This document shows, in pieces, positions 24,753 to 35,300 of a DNA stretch of 64,000 nucleotides (its first letter is position 1; each line of letters opens with the position of its first letter). Under the pieces are notes generated by a model. It did not search any database. It was not told the origin of the DNA and worked only from the letters and a program-made list of their open reading frames with translations. Source of the stretch: Caecitellus pseudoparvulus. Taxonomy: Eukaryota > Protista > Bigyra: Bicosoecida. The translations under genes were made by a program, and so were the position numbers. The stretch lies in contig CBFFRQ010000074.1 in the NCBI GenBank assembly GCA_965644315.1, positions 3,745 to 67,744 on the forward strand. Direction: 5' to 3'.

Positions 24753-27700
24753 ATGGCAGGGGCCTCCTTGTTGGCAGAGGGCGGGGCTCAGCCGACCAGC
24801 CCAGCGTCGGCTGTGCTGCTGCCAGCCGCCAAGGCGATGCAACGAGTGCTCCTTGCAGCGCAGCTGCCCACTGTTGCCTTCCCCGCCCAAGAGGACTTCC
24901 CTGTCAACGCATCCAGCCTGTCTGACATGCTGCTGTTCTTGGCAAATCTCCTGAGGGGTGTCGCCGACATTGGTCCCGGGGAGCAGGGCCAATTTCCGCA
25001 CCCAACGGCAGCAGAGCGGCTGCTGAAGCGGTGCATCAAGGGCTTCCCACAGGCTAAACTGCTGCAGATGGAGATATCGCGACATCTACTTGCCAATGGC
25101 ATCCAGATGTACATGCATGACTCCCGTGTGGGGGCAAGCAGCCCCGGCCGAGCACGCCACAAAGCAGCAGCGCGACAAGCCGTCCACCTGCTCGAGTGGC
25201 CGCCGCTCAAGCATGCAGGGGCACAGGCTACACCAGCTGCCGAAGCTAATCTGAAGGCACTGGTGCACAGCGTATTCAGCCACCTCCAGCCTCGCTCCCC
25301 AGGGGCCGCCTCGCCCCCGCAGCTGACGCTACTGCCTAGCCAGTGGGAAACAGAGCTCATTCCGGCCTTGTCCGCGACGGCGGGGAGTGGCCCAAGCCCC
25401 CAACGCAGCCCAGAAGCCGTGAGTCCACCTGCCATTCCCCGAAGGGCTGTGGCGTCAGGCGGTGCCGACCAGCAGCAAGCTGCTGCGCCGGCCAAGCGCC
25501 TTGCTGCGCTTGAACCGTCAGGCCAAGCCAGCATTTCCCATGCCGCGTTCGAAGAGGCAGTCGCAGATGCAGTTCAACGCACAGAAACTGCGGCATGGAA
25601 AGCACACGAAGATCGCGTTGAGCGCCTGCAAGCCTCGCATGCTGCAGAGCTTGCAGCCGTGCGGCAGCAGCTCACGCAGCAGCACCGCAGCGCCCTCGAA
25701 AGCCACACCCAACGCGCAGTGCAAGAGGCTAAAGCAGAGTGGCAGGACTCAATCACTGCCGCCCAAGACCAAGTTCACACCCTTCAGGACCTGCTCCGAA
25801 AACGGGAGCAACAGCGTGCGGCAGCGGAAGCTGCGCACCGTGCAGCCTCTGACACTGACCAAGCCATCATCAAGCGCCTGCAAAGCGACCTGGTGGAAGC
25901 CACACAGGACCTGAAACTGGCAAGTGGTGAAGCTCAAGCCCAGGCCAAACTTGTCGCACCCCTGCGCAGCCGCTGCGAAACCCTTGAGGCAGCACTGACT
26001 AGGGCTCAAAACAAGCTGACAGCCCAGCAAGAAGCCGAGCGTAGTTTGACCGACCGACTCCGAGAGCAAGAGCACTCCACAGACTCCGCAAACGCTCGCT
26101 GCCGCCGGACAGAGGCTGAGGTATCCAGACTTCGGCGTGCAGTTGCAGTAACCCAAGCGGCTTTGGAGCGCAAGTCGCAAAGCCTGCTGGCGGCGCAAGA
26201 GTTTGCTGCAACGCAGAAAAAGGCGGCCGCCTTGAAGGCTGAGCTCTTGGACAGTGCCCAAGCGAAGTTGACCTCAGCCTCCCAGAGCGCCGCAGCCGCG
26301 CAGGCTGAAGTCGACCAGCTTCGCCAAGAGCTGGAGGACGTCAAGAAACGTGCTGCCAGCGCTACGGCTGCCGCAGAGCGCATGCAGTCCTCGCACCAGC
26401 AACAAGTCGAAGACTTGGAGCAGTCTTGGCAGCAAGCGTTGGCGACTACAAGGGCAGAACTCGATCAGGCCGTGAAAGGGGAAGCTGCTGCAAAGGACAG
26501 ACTTCAAGACTTGCGACTTTCTTTCTCGGCAGTGTCGCAGCACCGGGACGAATTGACGGAGGAACTGGCTGAGTGCAAGAAAGCAACTGAAACTCTTGAA
26601 CACCGCTTGCAGCGAGCAGCACAAGCAGAAGACCGCTGCTCCAAACTAAAGCAACAGCTTGACCAAGAGAAGCAGGCTGCCACGCAAACCAAGCAATCCC
26701 TCGCTGAGGCGTACTTGCAACAGCAGCAGCTGGAATTGCTCGCCCAAAGCCACAAGCAAGAATCCCAAAAACTTGTCGCAGAGGCTGACAAAGCAAGGAC
26801 AGAGAAAATGCGGCTCGCAGCTGAGCTTGAGCGCGTGCAAGAACACCTCCAACAAGAGCTAGCCCACCGCAAACAGTCTGAGCAGGCTGTGCTTGACCTT
26901 CGACAGTCGCTCGCAAAAGCGCATACCGCCTTGAAAACTACCGAACTAGAATTGAAGCGTCTGCGGGGTGTGGTGTCTGAGGCTGAGGCGGGTCGGGCAG
27001 AGTCCGAGGCGGAGGTGGAGCGTCTGCGGGGCGTGGTGTCTGAGGCTGAGGCAGGTCGGGCGGAGTCCGAGGCGGAGGTGGAGCGTCTGCGGGGCGTGGT
27101 GTCTGAGGCTGAGGGGCGTCTGGCTGCAGCTGCTGAGTCTGAGGCGGAGGTGGAGCGTCTGCGGGGTGTGGTGTCTGAGGCTGAGGGGCGTCTGGCTGCA
27201 GCTGCTGAGTCTGAGGCGGAGGTGGAGCGTCTGCGGGGCGTGATGTCTGAGGCTGAGGGGCGTCTGGCTGCAGCTGCTGAGTCTGAGGCGGAGGTGGAAC
27301 GTCTGCGGGGTGTGGTGTCTGAGGCTGAGGCAGGTCGGGCAGAGTCTGAGGCGGAGGTGGAGCGTCTGCGGGGTGTGGTGTCTGAGGCTGAGGCAGGTCG
27401 GGCGGAGTCTGAGGCGGAGGTGGAGCGTCTGCGGGGTGTGGTGTCTGAGGCTGAGGGGCGTCTGGCTGCAGCTGCTGAGTCTGAGGCGGAGGTGGAGCGT
27501 CTGCGGGGCGTGGTGTCTGAGGCTGAGGCGGGTCGGGCGGAGTCTGAGGCGGAGGTGGAGCGTCTGCGGGGCGTGGTGTCTGAGGCTGAGGGGGGTCGGG
27601 CGGAGTCTGAGGCGGAGGTGGAGCGCCTGCGGGGTGTGGTGTCTGAGGCTGAGGCGGGTCGGGCGGAGTCTGAGGCGGAGGTGGAGCGTCTGCGGGGTGT

Positions 27701-30700
27701 GGTGTCTGAGGCTGAGGGGCGTCTGGCTGCAGCTGCTGAGTCTGAGGCGGAGGTGGAGCGTCTGCGGGGTGTGGTGTCTGAGGCTGAGGGGCGTCTGGCT
27801 GCAGCTGCTGAGTCTGAGGCGGAGGTGGAGCGTCTGCGGGGTGTGGTGTCTGAGGCTGAGGCGGGTCGGGCGGAGTCTGAGGCGGAGGTGGAGCGTCTGC
27901 GGGGCGTGGTGTCTGAGGCTGAGGCGGGTCGGGCGGAGTCCGAGGCGGAGGTGGAGCGTCTGCGGGGTGTGGTGTCTGAGGCTGAGGGGCGTCTGGCTGC
28001 AGCTGCTGAGTCTGAGGCGGAGGTGGAGCGTCTGCGGGGTGTGGTGTCTGAGGCTGAGGGGCGTCTGGCTGCAGCTGCTGAGTCTGAGGCGGAGGTGGAG
28101 CGTCTGCGGGGTGTGGTGTCTGAGGCTGAGGGGCGTCGGGCGGAGTCTGAGGCGGAGGTGGAGCGCCTGCGGGGTGTGGTGTCTGAGGCTGAGGGGCGTC
28201 TGGCTGCAGCTGCTGAGTCTGAGGCGGAGGTGGAGCGTCTGCGGGGCGTGGTGTCTGAGGCTGAGGGGCGTCTGGCTGCAGCTGCTGAGTCTGAGGCGGA
28301 GGTGGAGCGTCTGCGGGATGTGGTGTCTGAGGCTGAGGGGCGTCTGGCTGCAGCTGCTGAGTCCGAGGCGGAGGTGGAGCGTCTGCGGGGTGTGGTGTCT
28401 GAGGCTGAGGCGGGTCGGGCGGAGTCTGAGGCGGAGGTGGAGCGTCTGCGGGGTGTGGTGTCTGAGGCTGAGGCAGGTCGGGCAGAGTCTGAGGCGGAGG
28501 TGGAGCGTCTGCGGGGTGTGGTGTCTGAGGCTGAGGGGCGTCGGGTGGAGTCTGAGGCGGAGGTGGAGCGTCTGCGGGGTGTGGTGTCTGAGGCTGAGGC
28601 AGGTCGGGCGGAGTCCGAGGCGGAGGTGGAGCGTCTGCGGGGTGTGGTGTCTGAGGCTGAGGGGCGTCTGGCTGCAGCTGCTGAGTCTGAGGCGGAGGTG
28701 GAGCGTCTGCGGGGTGTGATGTCTGAGGCTGAGGCAGGTCGGGCGGAGTCCGAGGCGGAGGTGGAGCGTCTGCGGGGCGTGGTGTCCGAGGCTGAGGCAG
28801 GTCGGGCGGAGTCTGAGGCGGAGGTGGAGCGTCTGCGGGGTGTGGTGTCTGAGGCTGAGGGGCGTCTGGCTGCAGCTGCTGAGTCTGAGGCGGAGGTGGA
28901 GCGTCTGCGGGGTGTGGTGTCTGAGGCTGAGGGGCGTCTGGCTGCAGCTGCTGAGTCTGAGGCGGAGGTGGAGCATCTGCGGGGTGTGGTGTCTGAGGCT
29001 GAGGGGCGTCGGGCGGAGTCTGAGGCGGAGGTGGAGCGTCTGCGGGGTGTGGTTTCTGAGGCTGAGGCGGGTCGGGCGGAGTCTGAGGCGGAGGTGGAGC
29101 GTCTGCGGGGTGTGGTGTCTGAGGCTGAGGCGGGTCGGGCAGAGTCCGAGGCGGAGGTGGAGCGTCTGCGGGGCGTGGTGTCTGAGGCTGAGGCGGGTCG
29201 GGCGGAGTCTGAGGCGGAGGTGGAGCGTCTGCGGGGTGTGGTGTCTGAGGCTGAGGCGGGTCGGGCGGAGTCTGAGGCGGAGGTGGAGCGTCTGCGGGGT
29301 GTGGTGTCTGAGGCTGAGGCGGGTCGGGCAGAGTCCGAGGCGGAGGTGGAGCGTCTGCGGGGTGTGGTGTCTGAGGCTGAGGGGCGTCTGGCTGCAGCTG
29401 CTGAGTCTGAGGCGGAGGTGGAGCGTCTGCGGGGTGTGGTGTCTGAGGCTGAGGGGCGTCTGGCTGCAGCTGCTGAGTCTGAGGCGGAGGTGGAGCGTCT
29501 GCGGGGTGTGGTGTCTGAGGCTGAGGGGGGTCGGGCGGAGTCTGAGGCGGAGGTGGAGCGTCTGCGGGGTGTGGTGTCTGAGGCTGAGGCAGGTCGGGCA
29601 GAGTCTGAGGCGGAGGTGGAGCGTCTGCGGGGTGTGGTGTCTGAGGCTGAGGCAGGTCGGGCAGAGTCTGAGGCGGAGGTGGAGCGTCTGCGGGGTGTGG
29701 TGTCTGAGGCTGAGGCAGGTCGGGCGGAGTCTGAGGCGGAGGTGGAGCGTCTGCGGGGTGTGGTGTCTGAGGCTGAGGCAGGTCGGGCAGAGTCTGAGGC
29801 GGAGGTGGAGCGTCTGCGGGGCGTGGTGTCTGAGGCTGAGGCGGGTCGGGCGGAGTCTGAGGCGGAGGTGGAGCGTCTGCGGGGTGTGGTGTCTGAGGCT
29901 GAGGCGGGTCGGGCGGAGTCTGAGGCGGAGGTGGAGCGTCTGCGGGGTGTGGTGTCTGAGGCTGAGGCGGGTCGGGCAGAGTCTGAGGCGGAGGTGGAGC
30001 GTCTGCGGGGTGTGGTGTCTGAGGCTGAGGCGGGTCGGGCGGAGTCTGAGGCGGAGGTGGAGCGTCTGCGGGGTGTGGTGTCTGAGGCTGAGGGGCGTCT
30101 GGCTGCAGCTGCTGAGTCTGAGGCGGAGGTGGAGCGTCTGCGGGGTGTGGAGTCTGAGGCTGAGGCGGGTCGGGCGGAGTCTGAGGCGGAGGTGGAGCGC
30201 CTGCGGGGTGTGGTTTCTGAGGCTGAGGCAGGTCGGGCGGAGTCTGAGGCGGAGGTGGAGCGTCTGCGGGGTGTGGTGTCTGAGGCTGAGGCAGGTCGGG
30301 CAGAGTCTGAGGCGGAGGTGGAGCGTCTGCGGGGCGTGGTGTCTGAGGCTGAGGCGGGTCGGGCGGAGTCTGAGGCGGAGGTGGAGCGTCTGCGGGGTGT
30401 GGTGTCTGAGGCTGAGGCGGGTCGGGCAGAGTCTGAGGCGGAGGTGGAGCGTCTGCGGGGTGTGGTGTCTGAGGCTGAGGCGGGTCGGGCGGAGTCTGAG
30501 GCGGAGGTGGAGCGTCTGCGGGGTGTGGTGTCTGAGGCTGAGGGGCGTCTGGCTGCAGCTGCTGAGTCTGAGGCGGAGGTGGAGCGTCTGCGGGGTGTGG
30601 TTTCTGAGGCTGAGGCAGGTCGGGCGGAGTCTGAGGCGGAGGTGGAGCGTCTGCGGGGTGTGGTGTCTGAGGCTGAGGCAGGTCGGGCAGAGTCTGAGGC

Positions 30701-31856
30701 GGAGGTGGAGCGTCTGCGGGGCGTGGTGTCTGAGGCTGAGGCGGGTCGGGCGGAGTCTGAGGCGGAGGTGGAGCGTCTGCGGGGCGTGGTGTCCGATGCG
30801 GACTCTCATTTGTCGTTTTCAGCCCAGGCTGAGGTGGAGCGTTTGCGTGGGGTTGTGGCTGAGTTGGAGGCTCGCCTTGCTACTGTTGCTGATACCGAGG
30901 CGGGTGTTGAGCATTGGCGAAGAGTTGCTTCCGACGCTGATTCACGTATGCTCGCCGTAGCACATGCGGAGATAGATCGACTTCGCGGAGTGTTGAGTGA
31001 GGTCGATGCCCGGTTTCAAGCAGACCTGGATTCTGCGTATTTCAGTGCTGCGCAGGATGCCCGTTCGGAGTGCAGTGTCTTGCTGCAGTCTGTCGCTGCA
31101 TTTGTCCATACCAACATGGACCACCTCGAAGCAACACTGCATGCTTCTGTTGGTGCCCAAGAGGCCCAGCTGACCGGTATGCGTGACACGGTTGAGGCTC
31201 TTGCCCAACGTGTAGCAGGGCAGCCTCAGCCTTCAGGCCTTCAGGCGCCCCCATCCACCCCAGATCGCCCACCACCGCTAGCAGGCGCAGGTAAGACACC
31301 GGCGGGGTATGCTCTTAGGTCCCCTCCAACCTTGAGATCGCGAGAAGATCGGTTGCTGTCGCCATCCCTGCCCATGAGGCAGCCGGCAGTACTTCACTCT
31401 CCGCAAGCAGCAAACGGAGCCCCCGCTCCTGGAGGCCAGGAAGAACTTGCCGGGGAGCGCAGCAGCGACGACGTGTACGACGAAGGCGGAGAACATGCAG
31501 GCTCTGCAGAGCAGGGGAGTGGCATGCCTGGTGTGGCTTCCTCGCCAGGTGGGTCAGGTGGGTGGCGGCCTGCCCCACACGCCGAGCAGCGGTCACCTGG
31601 AGCTGCAGAGGCGGCTGCCTCGGATGCACGGACAGTGGGATACCAGATGCAGCTCGACCAAGCAAAACTTCAACGGGCCCACTTTGGTGCGAGGCATGCT
31701 GACGTCCTCGCCTCGACACGCCAAGTGCTGAGCGCAGTCAGTCCAGGGCGGTGGTCCCAGCCCCAGGCTCTGCCTGGAACAGTGGAGCCTGTTGACTACG
31801 TGGAGGGCGTGAGCAGCGTGGGCAGCTTGAGTTCAACTGACGATGAGGACGCTTGA
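24753..31856 (+). CDS. Giant coiled-coil protein with internal tandem repeat array
   Basis: 2367-aa ORF rich in Q/E/A/L heptads; start uncertain. Confidence 0.75.
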   Translation: MAGASLLAEGGAQPTSPASAVLLPAAKAMQRVLLAAQLPTVAFPAQEDFPVNASSLSDMLLFLANLLRGVADIGPGEQGQFPHPTAAERLLKRCIKGFPQAKLLQMEISRHLLANGIQMYMHDSRVGASSPGRARHKAAARQAVHLLEWPPLKHAGAQATPAAEANLKALVHSVFSHLQPRSPGAASPPQLTLLPSQWETELIPALSATAGSGPSPQRSPEAVSPPAIPRRAVASGGADQQQAAAPAKRLAALEPSGQASISHAAFEEAVADAVQRTETAAWKAHEDRVERLQASHAAELAAVRQQLTQQHRSALESHTQRAVQEAKAEWQDSITAAQDQVHTLQDLLRKREQQRAAAEAAHRAASDTDQAIIKRLQSDLVEATQDLKLASGEAQAQAKLVAPLRSRCETLEAALTRAQNKLTAQQEAERSLTDRLREQEHSTDSANARCRRTEAEVSRLRRAVAVTQAALERKSQSLLAAQEFAATQKKAAALKAELLDSAQAKLTSASQSAAAAQAEVDQLRQELEDVKKRAASATAAAERMQSSHQQQVEDLEQSWQQALATTRAELDQAVKGEAAAKDRLQDLRLSFSAVSQHRDELTEELAECKKATETLEHRLQRAAQAEDRCSKLKQQLDQEKQAATQTKQSLAEAYLQQQQLELLAQSHKQESQKLVAEADKARTEKMRLAAELERVQEHLQQELAHRKQSEQAVLDLRQSLAKAHTALKTTELELKRLRGVVSEAEAGRAESEAEVERLRGVVSEAEAGRAESEAEVERLRGVVSEAEGRLAAAAESEAEVERLRGVVSEAEGRLAAAAESEAEVERLRGVMSEAEGRLAAAAESEAEVERLRGVVSEAEAGRAESEAEVERLRGVVSEAEAGRAESEAEVERLRGVVSEAEGRLAAAAESEAEVERLRGVVSEAEAGRAESEAEVERLRGVVSEAEGGRAESEAEVERLRGVVSEAEAGRAESEAEVERLRGVVSEAEGRLAAAAESEAEVERLRGVVSEAEGRLAAAAESEAEVERLRGVVSEAEAGRAESEAEVERLRGVVSEAEAGRAESEAEVERLRGVVSEAEGRLAAAAESEAEVERLRGVVSEAEGRLAAAAESEAEVERLRGVVSEAEGRRAESEAEVERLRGVVSEAEGRLAAAAESEAEVERLRGVVSEAEGRLAAAAESEAEVERLRDVVSEAEGRLAAAAESEAEVERLRGVVSEAEAGRAESEAEVERLRGVVSEAEAGRAESEAEVERLRGVVSEAEGRRVESEAEVERLRGVVSEAEAGRAESEAEVERLRGVVSEAEGRLAAAAESEAEVERLRGVMSEAEAGRAESEAEVERLRGVVSEAEAGRAESEAEVERLRGVVSEAEGRLAAAAESEAEVERLRGVVSEAEGRLAAAAESEAEVEHLRGVVSEAEGRRAESEAEVERLRGVVSEAEAGRAESEAEVERLRGVVSEAEAGRAESEAEVERLRGVVSEAEAGRAESEAEVERLRGVVSEAEAGRAESEAEVERLRGVVSEAEAGRAESEAEVERLRGVVSEAEGRLAAAAESEAEVERLRGVVSEAEGRLAAAAESEAEVERLRGVVSEAEGGRAESEAEVERLRGVVSEAEAGRAESEAEVERLRGVVSEAEAGRAESEAEVERLRGVVSEAEAGRAESEAEVERLRGVVSEAEAGRAESEAEVERLRGVVSEAEAGRAESEAEVERLRGVVSEAEAGRAESEAEVERLRGVVSEAEAGRAESEAEVERLRGVVSEAEAGRAESEAEVERLRGVVSEAEGRLAAAAESEAEVERLRGVESEAEAGRAESEAEVERLRGVVSEAEAGRAESEAEVERLRGVVSEAEAGRAESEAEVERLRGVVSEAEAGRAESEAEVERLRGVVSEAEAGRAESEAEVERLRGVVSEAEAGRAESEAEVERLRGVVSEAEGRLAAAAESEAEVERLRGVVSEAEAGRAESEAEVERLRGVVSEAEAGRAESEAEVERLRGVVSEAEAGRAESEAEVERLRGVVSDADSHLSFSAQAEVERLRGVVAELEARLATVADTEAGVEHWRRVASDADSRMLAVAHAEIDRLRGVLSEVDARFQADLDSAYFSAAQDARSECSVLLQSVAAFVHTNMDHLEATLHASVGAQEAQLTGMRDTVEALAQRVAGQPQPSGLQAPPSTPDRPPPLAGAGKTPAGYALRSPPTLRSREDRLLSPSLPMRQPAVLHSPQAANGAPAPGGQEELAGERSSDDVYDEGGEHAGSAEQGSGMPGVASSPGGSGGWRPAPHAEQRSPGAAEAAASDARTVGYQMQLDQAKLQRAHFGARHADVLASTRQVLSAVSPGRWSQPQALPGTVEPVDYVEGVSSVGSLSSTDDEDA
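26959..30792 (+). repeat. Coding minisatellite of interspersed 63-nt and 72-nt units
   Basis: Units SEAEVERLRGVVSEAEAGRAE (21 aa) and SEAEVERLRGVVSEAEGRLAAAAE (24 aa), roughly 55-60 copies. Confidence 0.98.
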
Positions 31857-31906
31857 GGGTGTGAGAATGAATGCAATGTACATTTCCGACGCCTGCGCGG
31901 GCCACG

Positions 31907-34900
31907 CTACACGAGGCCCAATTTTGCCCTCCTGCGCTTTGCCTTGGTGCCTCCACCAGCGGCTTTCCCCGCCCCTCCACCTCGGACGGTGCCTGCCTTG
32001 ACCTGCTCATGGAAAGTCGCTTGCTGCTGTTGCATCTCTGCCATGAAGCCCTTGTACGTTGCTTCGCGTTGCGCCTCGCGGGATGCCTTGGCTTTGTCCA
32101 CGGCGCGTGTGCGGGTTTCAGTTTCCCGGCGCAGCTCGCGGGCAAAGCTCCGCTTCTCACGGTTGATCTGCCGCTTGAGCTTGCGTTGCTCGGCCATGTC
32201 CGCTTCGCGTGCAGTGCGGAAGGTCTCCTTTCCGGTGCGCTGCAGTTTGATGTCCACCTCCGGGTCGAACACGGCAATGTGCACAGGTGCCTCGCGGAAA
32301 CTCTGCAACCGTAGGGCACCCCTCCCCTGCGCGGCAGCCGATGCAAACTGCCGCAGCTCCTTGCGCACACAGACATGCAAGTCTTTCAGGGGCCCAGTCA
32401 TGATCTTGCTGCGAACGCCATGCACCAGCTGCAGCGTGCACAGCACCGGCGAGAGTAGCTCGGGTGCGGTGCGCCCAGAGCCTGTTCGGACGGCAGCACT
32501 GCCTGCTGTGCCAGCCAAGCTGGCAGGCGGCCTCTGCCCAGCCACAGTGGCCATGCTCATGACAGCAGTGTGTGCCAGTCGGTACATGCTGGCCACCACC
32601 TGCGCTGCGAGCTGGGCGGTGGCGGCCTCACTGGCCCACGCACTGGGGCGAGCCAAACACCCGACACTGAGGCGGGGGGGGTCCGCACTTGGGTTGGCCT
32701 TGCTCCAGGCCTTCAATGCGACGGGCAGCCAGGGCAGGGGCTGGTGAGCCTGCTTCGCGCGGTGTGCTGGCTGCACGCCGAAGAGGGGTGACAGAGGGCG
32801 CTGGGGGGGGACGCACGCGGCAGCCGCTTGCCATGGCGCCAGGGCGAGAAGCACATCGTGCACCAAGGCCAGCACCTGTGGCGCCGTGCGCCGGGCTGCG
32901 ACGGTGAGGTTGCTGAGCAGCGTGGCAGCCACTGTGGCGGCGGCTGCGTCTGCGGGCGTGAGGATGGGGGCGCTGGCCAGTGCCTGGGCCAGTACCAGCG
33001 CCACTGGGGACAGCACGACATGTGAGAAGTCCGTGACGGGGAACAGCCACAGCGCCACGGCCATGAGGCTGAACTGCCCCGGGGAGGGCCAGGCAGGGTG
33101 CAGAGGAGCACCGGCAGCGTCAGGCAGGTCCAGCTCTGCTGCGGGGTGCAGGGTGGGGGGGGCACCCTGCCTGGCGGGCCGCAGGCGTGCCGGGTGGGGC
33201 AGGGCGGCGTCTTCCCGTAGCTGCTCCGCCATACGCTGGATGTGCGTCTGCCACAACAGCACCGTCTCTGTGCGCACCTCTGCGGAGAGAGCGTACAGGA
33301 ATGCCAGCACGCCATGCATGTGGCAGGCGCCACTGGGGTTGACACGGCGCACGTCGGGGTCGCCTGCGCGCGCGGCACACAGGCTGGTCCACTCGGGGAC
33401 ATTGTACGCGCGGTGCGGCTGTGCGGTGAAGCCGTCCGTGCAGGCGATGTAGTCCAGCAACACGCCGTAGAAGGTGAGCAGTTTGCGCTTGTTGTCGCCG
33501 CCCAGGTGCAAACTGTGCACGGTGTGGATGCGGTGGCACAGCTCTGCGAGGGCCAGGCGCTGCAGTGTGACCTGCCGCACACCGGGCTCAGGCTCGTCGA
33601 AGGTGCAGCAGTGCCGCAGTACCAGCGCACACCACTGCTGCAGGGTGCTGGGGCACTCGGGCGTGAACGGCATGTCTTGCTGCACAGGCAGCGGGGCAGG
33701 CAGCTTGCGTTTCTTCCCGCGCCGGCCGCTGGGTGTGGCTGCAGGTGACTCCTCCGCTGCCGTCGGGAGCGGCAGCGGCGCTGGCGTGGCCGGCTGCACC
33801 TGGAAGCACCGTAAGTCACTGCCCCCCTGCTCATCGTCAGAGTCCGAATCTGAGGCTGAGTCGGCGGTGCTGCCCTGGTCACCGTCGGAGGCCTGTAAGT
33901 CAGCATCGGAGTCACTCCCTGCGTCTGCCTGGGCGGGCTGGAAGCCACGCAGCCCAGCTGCCGCCGCCAGCTGCTGGGTGAAGGCGGCCGCCGCCTCCTC
34001 AGCACCGCCGTCACCTGTCGCCCGTGTACCGTCAGCATTCACCCTCTGCACACCCTCCGCGCCCATGAACTCGACACCTCCTCCGAAACGCACGGCAAAG
34101 GCCCCCGACCCCGCCAAGTCGTCTCCCCCAGCCACGTGCTCGGCGGCGTCGGGGGCTGCTGCGTTGCCGAAGGAGTCAACGCCCGACATGCCCACCGTGC
34201 CGCCTTGCTGCCGGCCCAGGCGTGCCGCTTCCAGCTCTGCCAGGCGCGAGGCAGCCGCTTTGGCCGCCTCTGCCGCCGACGCCGTGCGGTCTGTCGCGTG
34301 TGCTTCCCGAGCTTCGCCCCGGATGCGCTCCACGAGGTCGTCGAACTCGTCATCCCCCAGCGGAGCAGGGGCGCCATCTGAGGTCCCCGCCCTGGAGTCC
34401 GCTGCAGCATCCTGCTCCGCTGCCTCGTCAGCGTCACTGGTGTCGCTGCTGTCGCTGCTGTCAGTGGAATCGCTGCTGTCGCTAGCACTGCCAGTCGACC
34501 CAGGCTGGGCCTCAGCCTGCCCTGCTTCGGCAGCCTGCCGCAGGAGAGACTGCACTTCATCCGCCTGAGCATCCAGCATGGCCACGCGGTGCTGCTGCTC
34601 TGCCTTCTCCGCCTGCCGCATGGCCTTGTACATCTTGCTCTTGGCCACCACCTCGGCCATGATGTCTTTGTGGCTTCGCCGCTCGGTGCCAGGCGGCCCT
34701 GCCTCATCCAAGCCTTCACCTCCGAAGGCCAGTGCTGCCATGGCGGCTTCATCCACGGCACCTGTGCAGGGGGGGGCGTGTCTCGCACGTTGCAGGCGCC
34801 TGGCCGAACATGCGGAAATCGAACGCGACGCACCTGATGAGGCGTATGCATCGTCCTGCACGTCCACAGCGTTCATGGACTCCAGCGTCAGTTTCTGCAG

Positions 34901-35160
34901 AGAGGGCAGGTAGAGTGAGGAGGCAGGCAGTGGAGTTCAAGGCACCAAGGCGGACGCACAGCTCCTCCATGGGTCAGCACATCTTGCCCGCCCAGTGAGC
35001 CGCCGGCCGCGGCTTCCGCTTCCAAGTTAAACTTTGCTGCCCGTCGAAGCTGGCGCGACCTCTCCTTCTGGAAGCGTGCCAGGCGTTTCGCCTCTGCACT
35101 GAGACTGGGGTTGGATTCACCGAACCGGCGGTCTTTGAAGGTGCTGCCTTTGCCCTCCAT
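31907..35160 (-). CDS. NOP14: Nucleolar protein 14 (SSU processome)
   Basis: FKDRRFGE...FNL...LTHGG, RSHKDIMAEVVAKSKMYK, MPFTPECP, LFPVTDFSHVVLSP and EQRKLKRQINREKRSFARELRRE; 5' introns are approximate. Confidence 0.88.
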
Positions 35161-35300
35161 GGCCGCGAAAAGGAGCGAGGCAGGCGCGGAAATTGCTTGT
35201 GCAGGCGCAAGCTGGCCGCCCTTCCGGCTGCTCAAGCCGTGAAGAAAAAGGAAGTGGGCGGGTCCTGCATTCGATGGACACGCAACAAGGGGGGAGTTCC

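Noticed and set aside
26946-30809. 1287-aa antisense ORF and alternative-frame ORFs in the repeat; CRISPR-like appearance
   Set aside because: These are by-products of a repeat unit with few or no stops in those frames. There are no unique spacers, and only the Glu-rich frame is continuous with the unique flanks.
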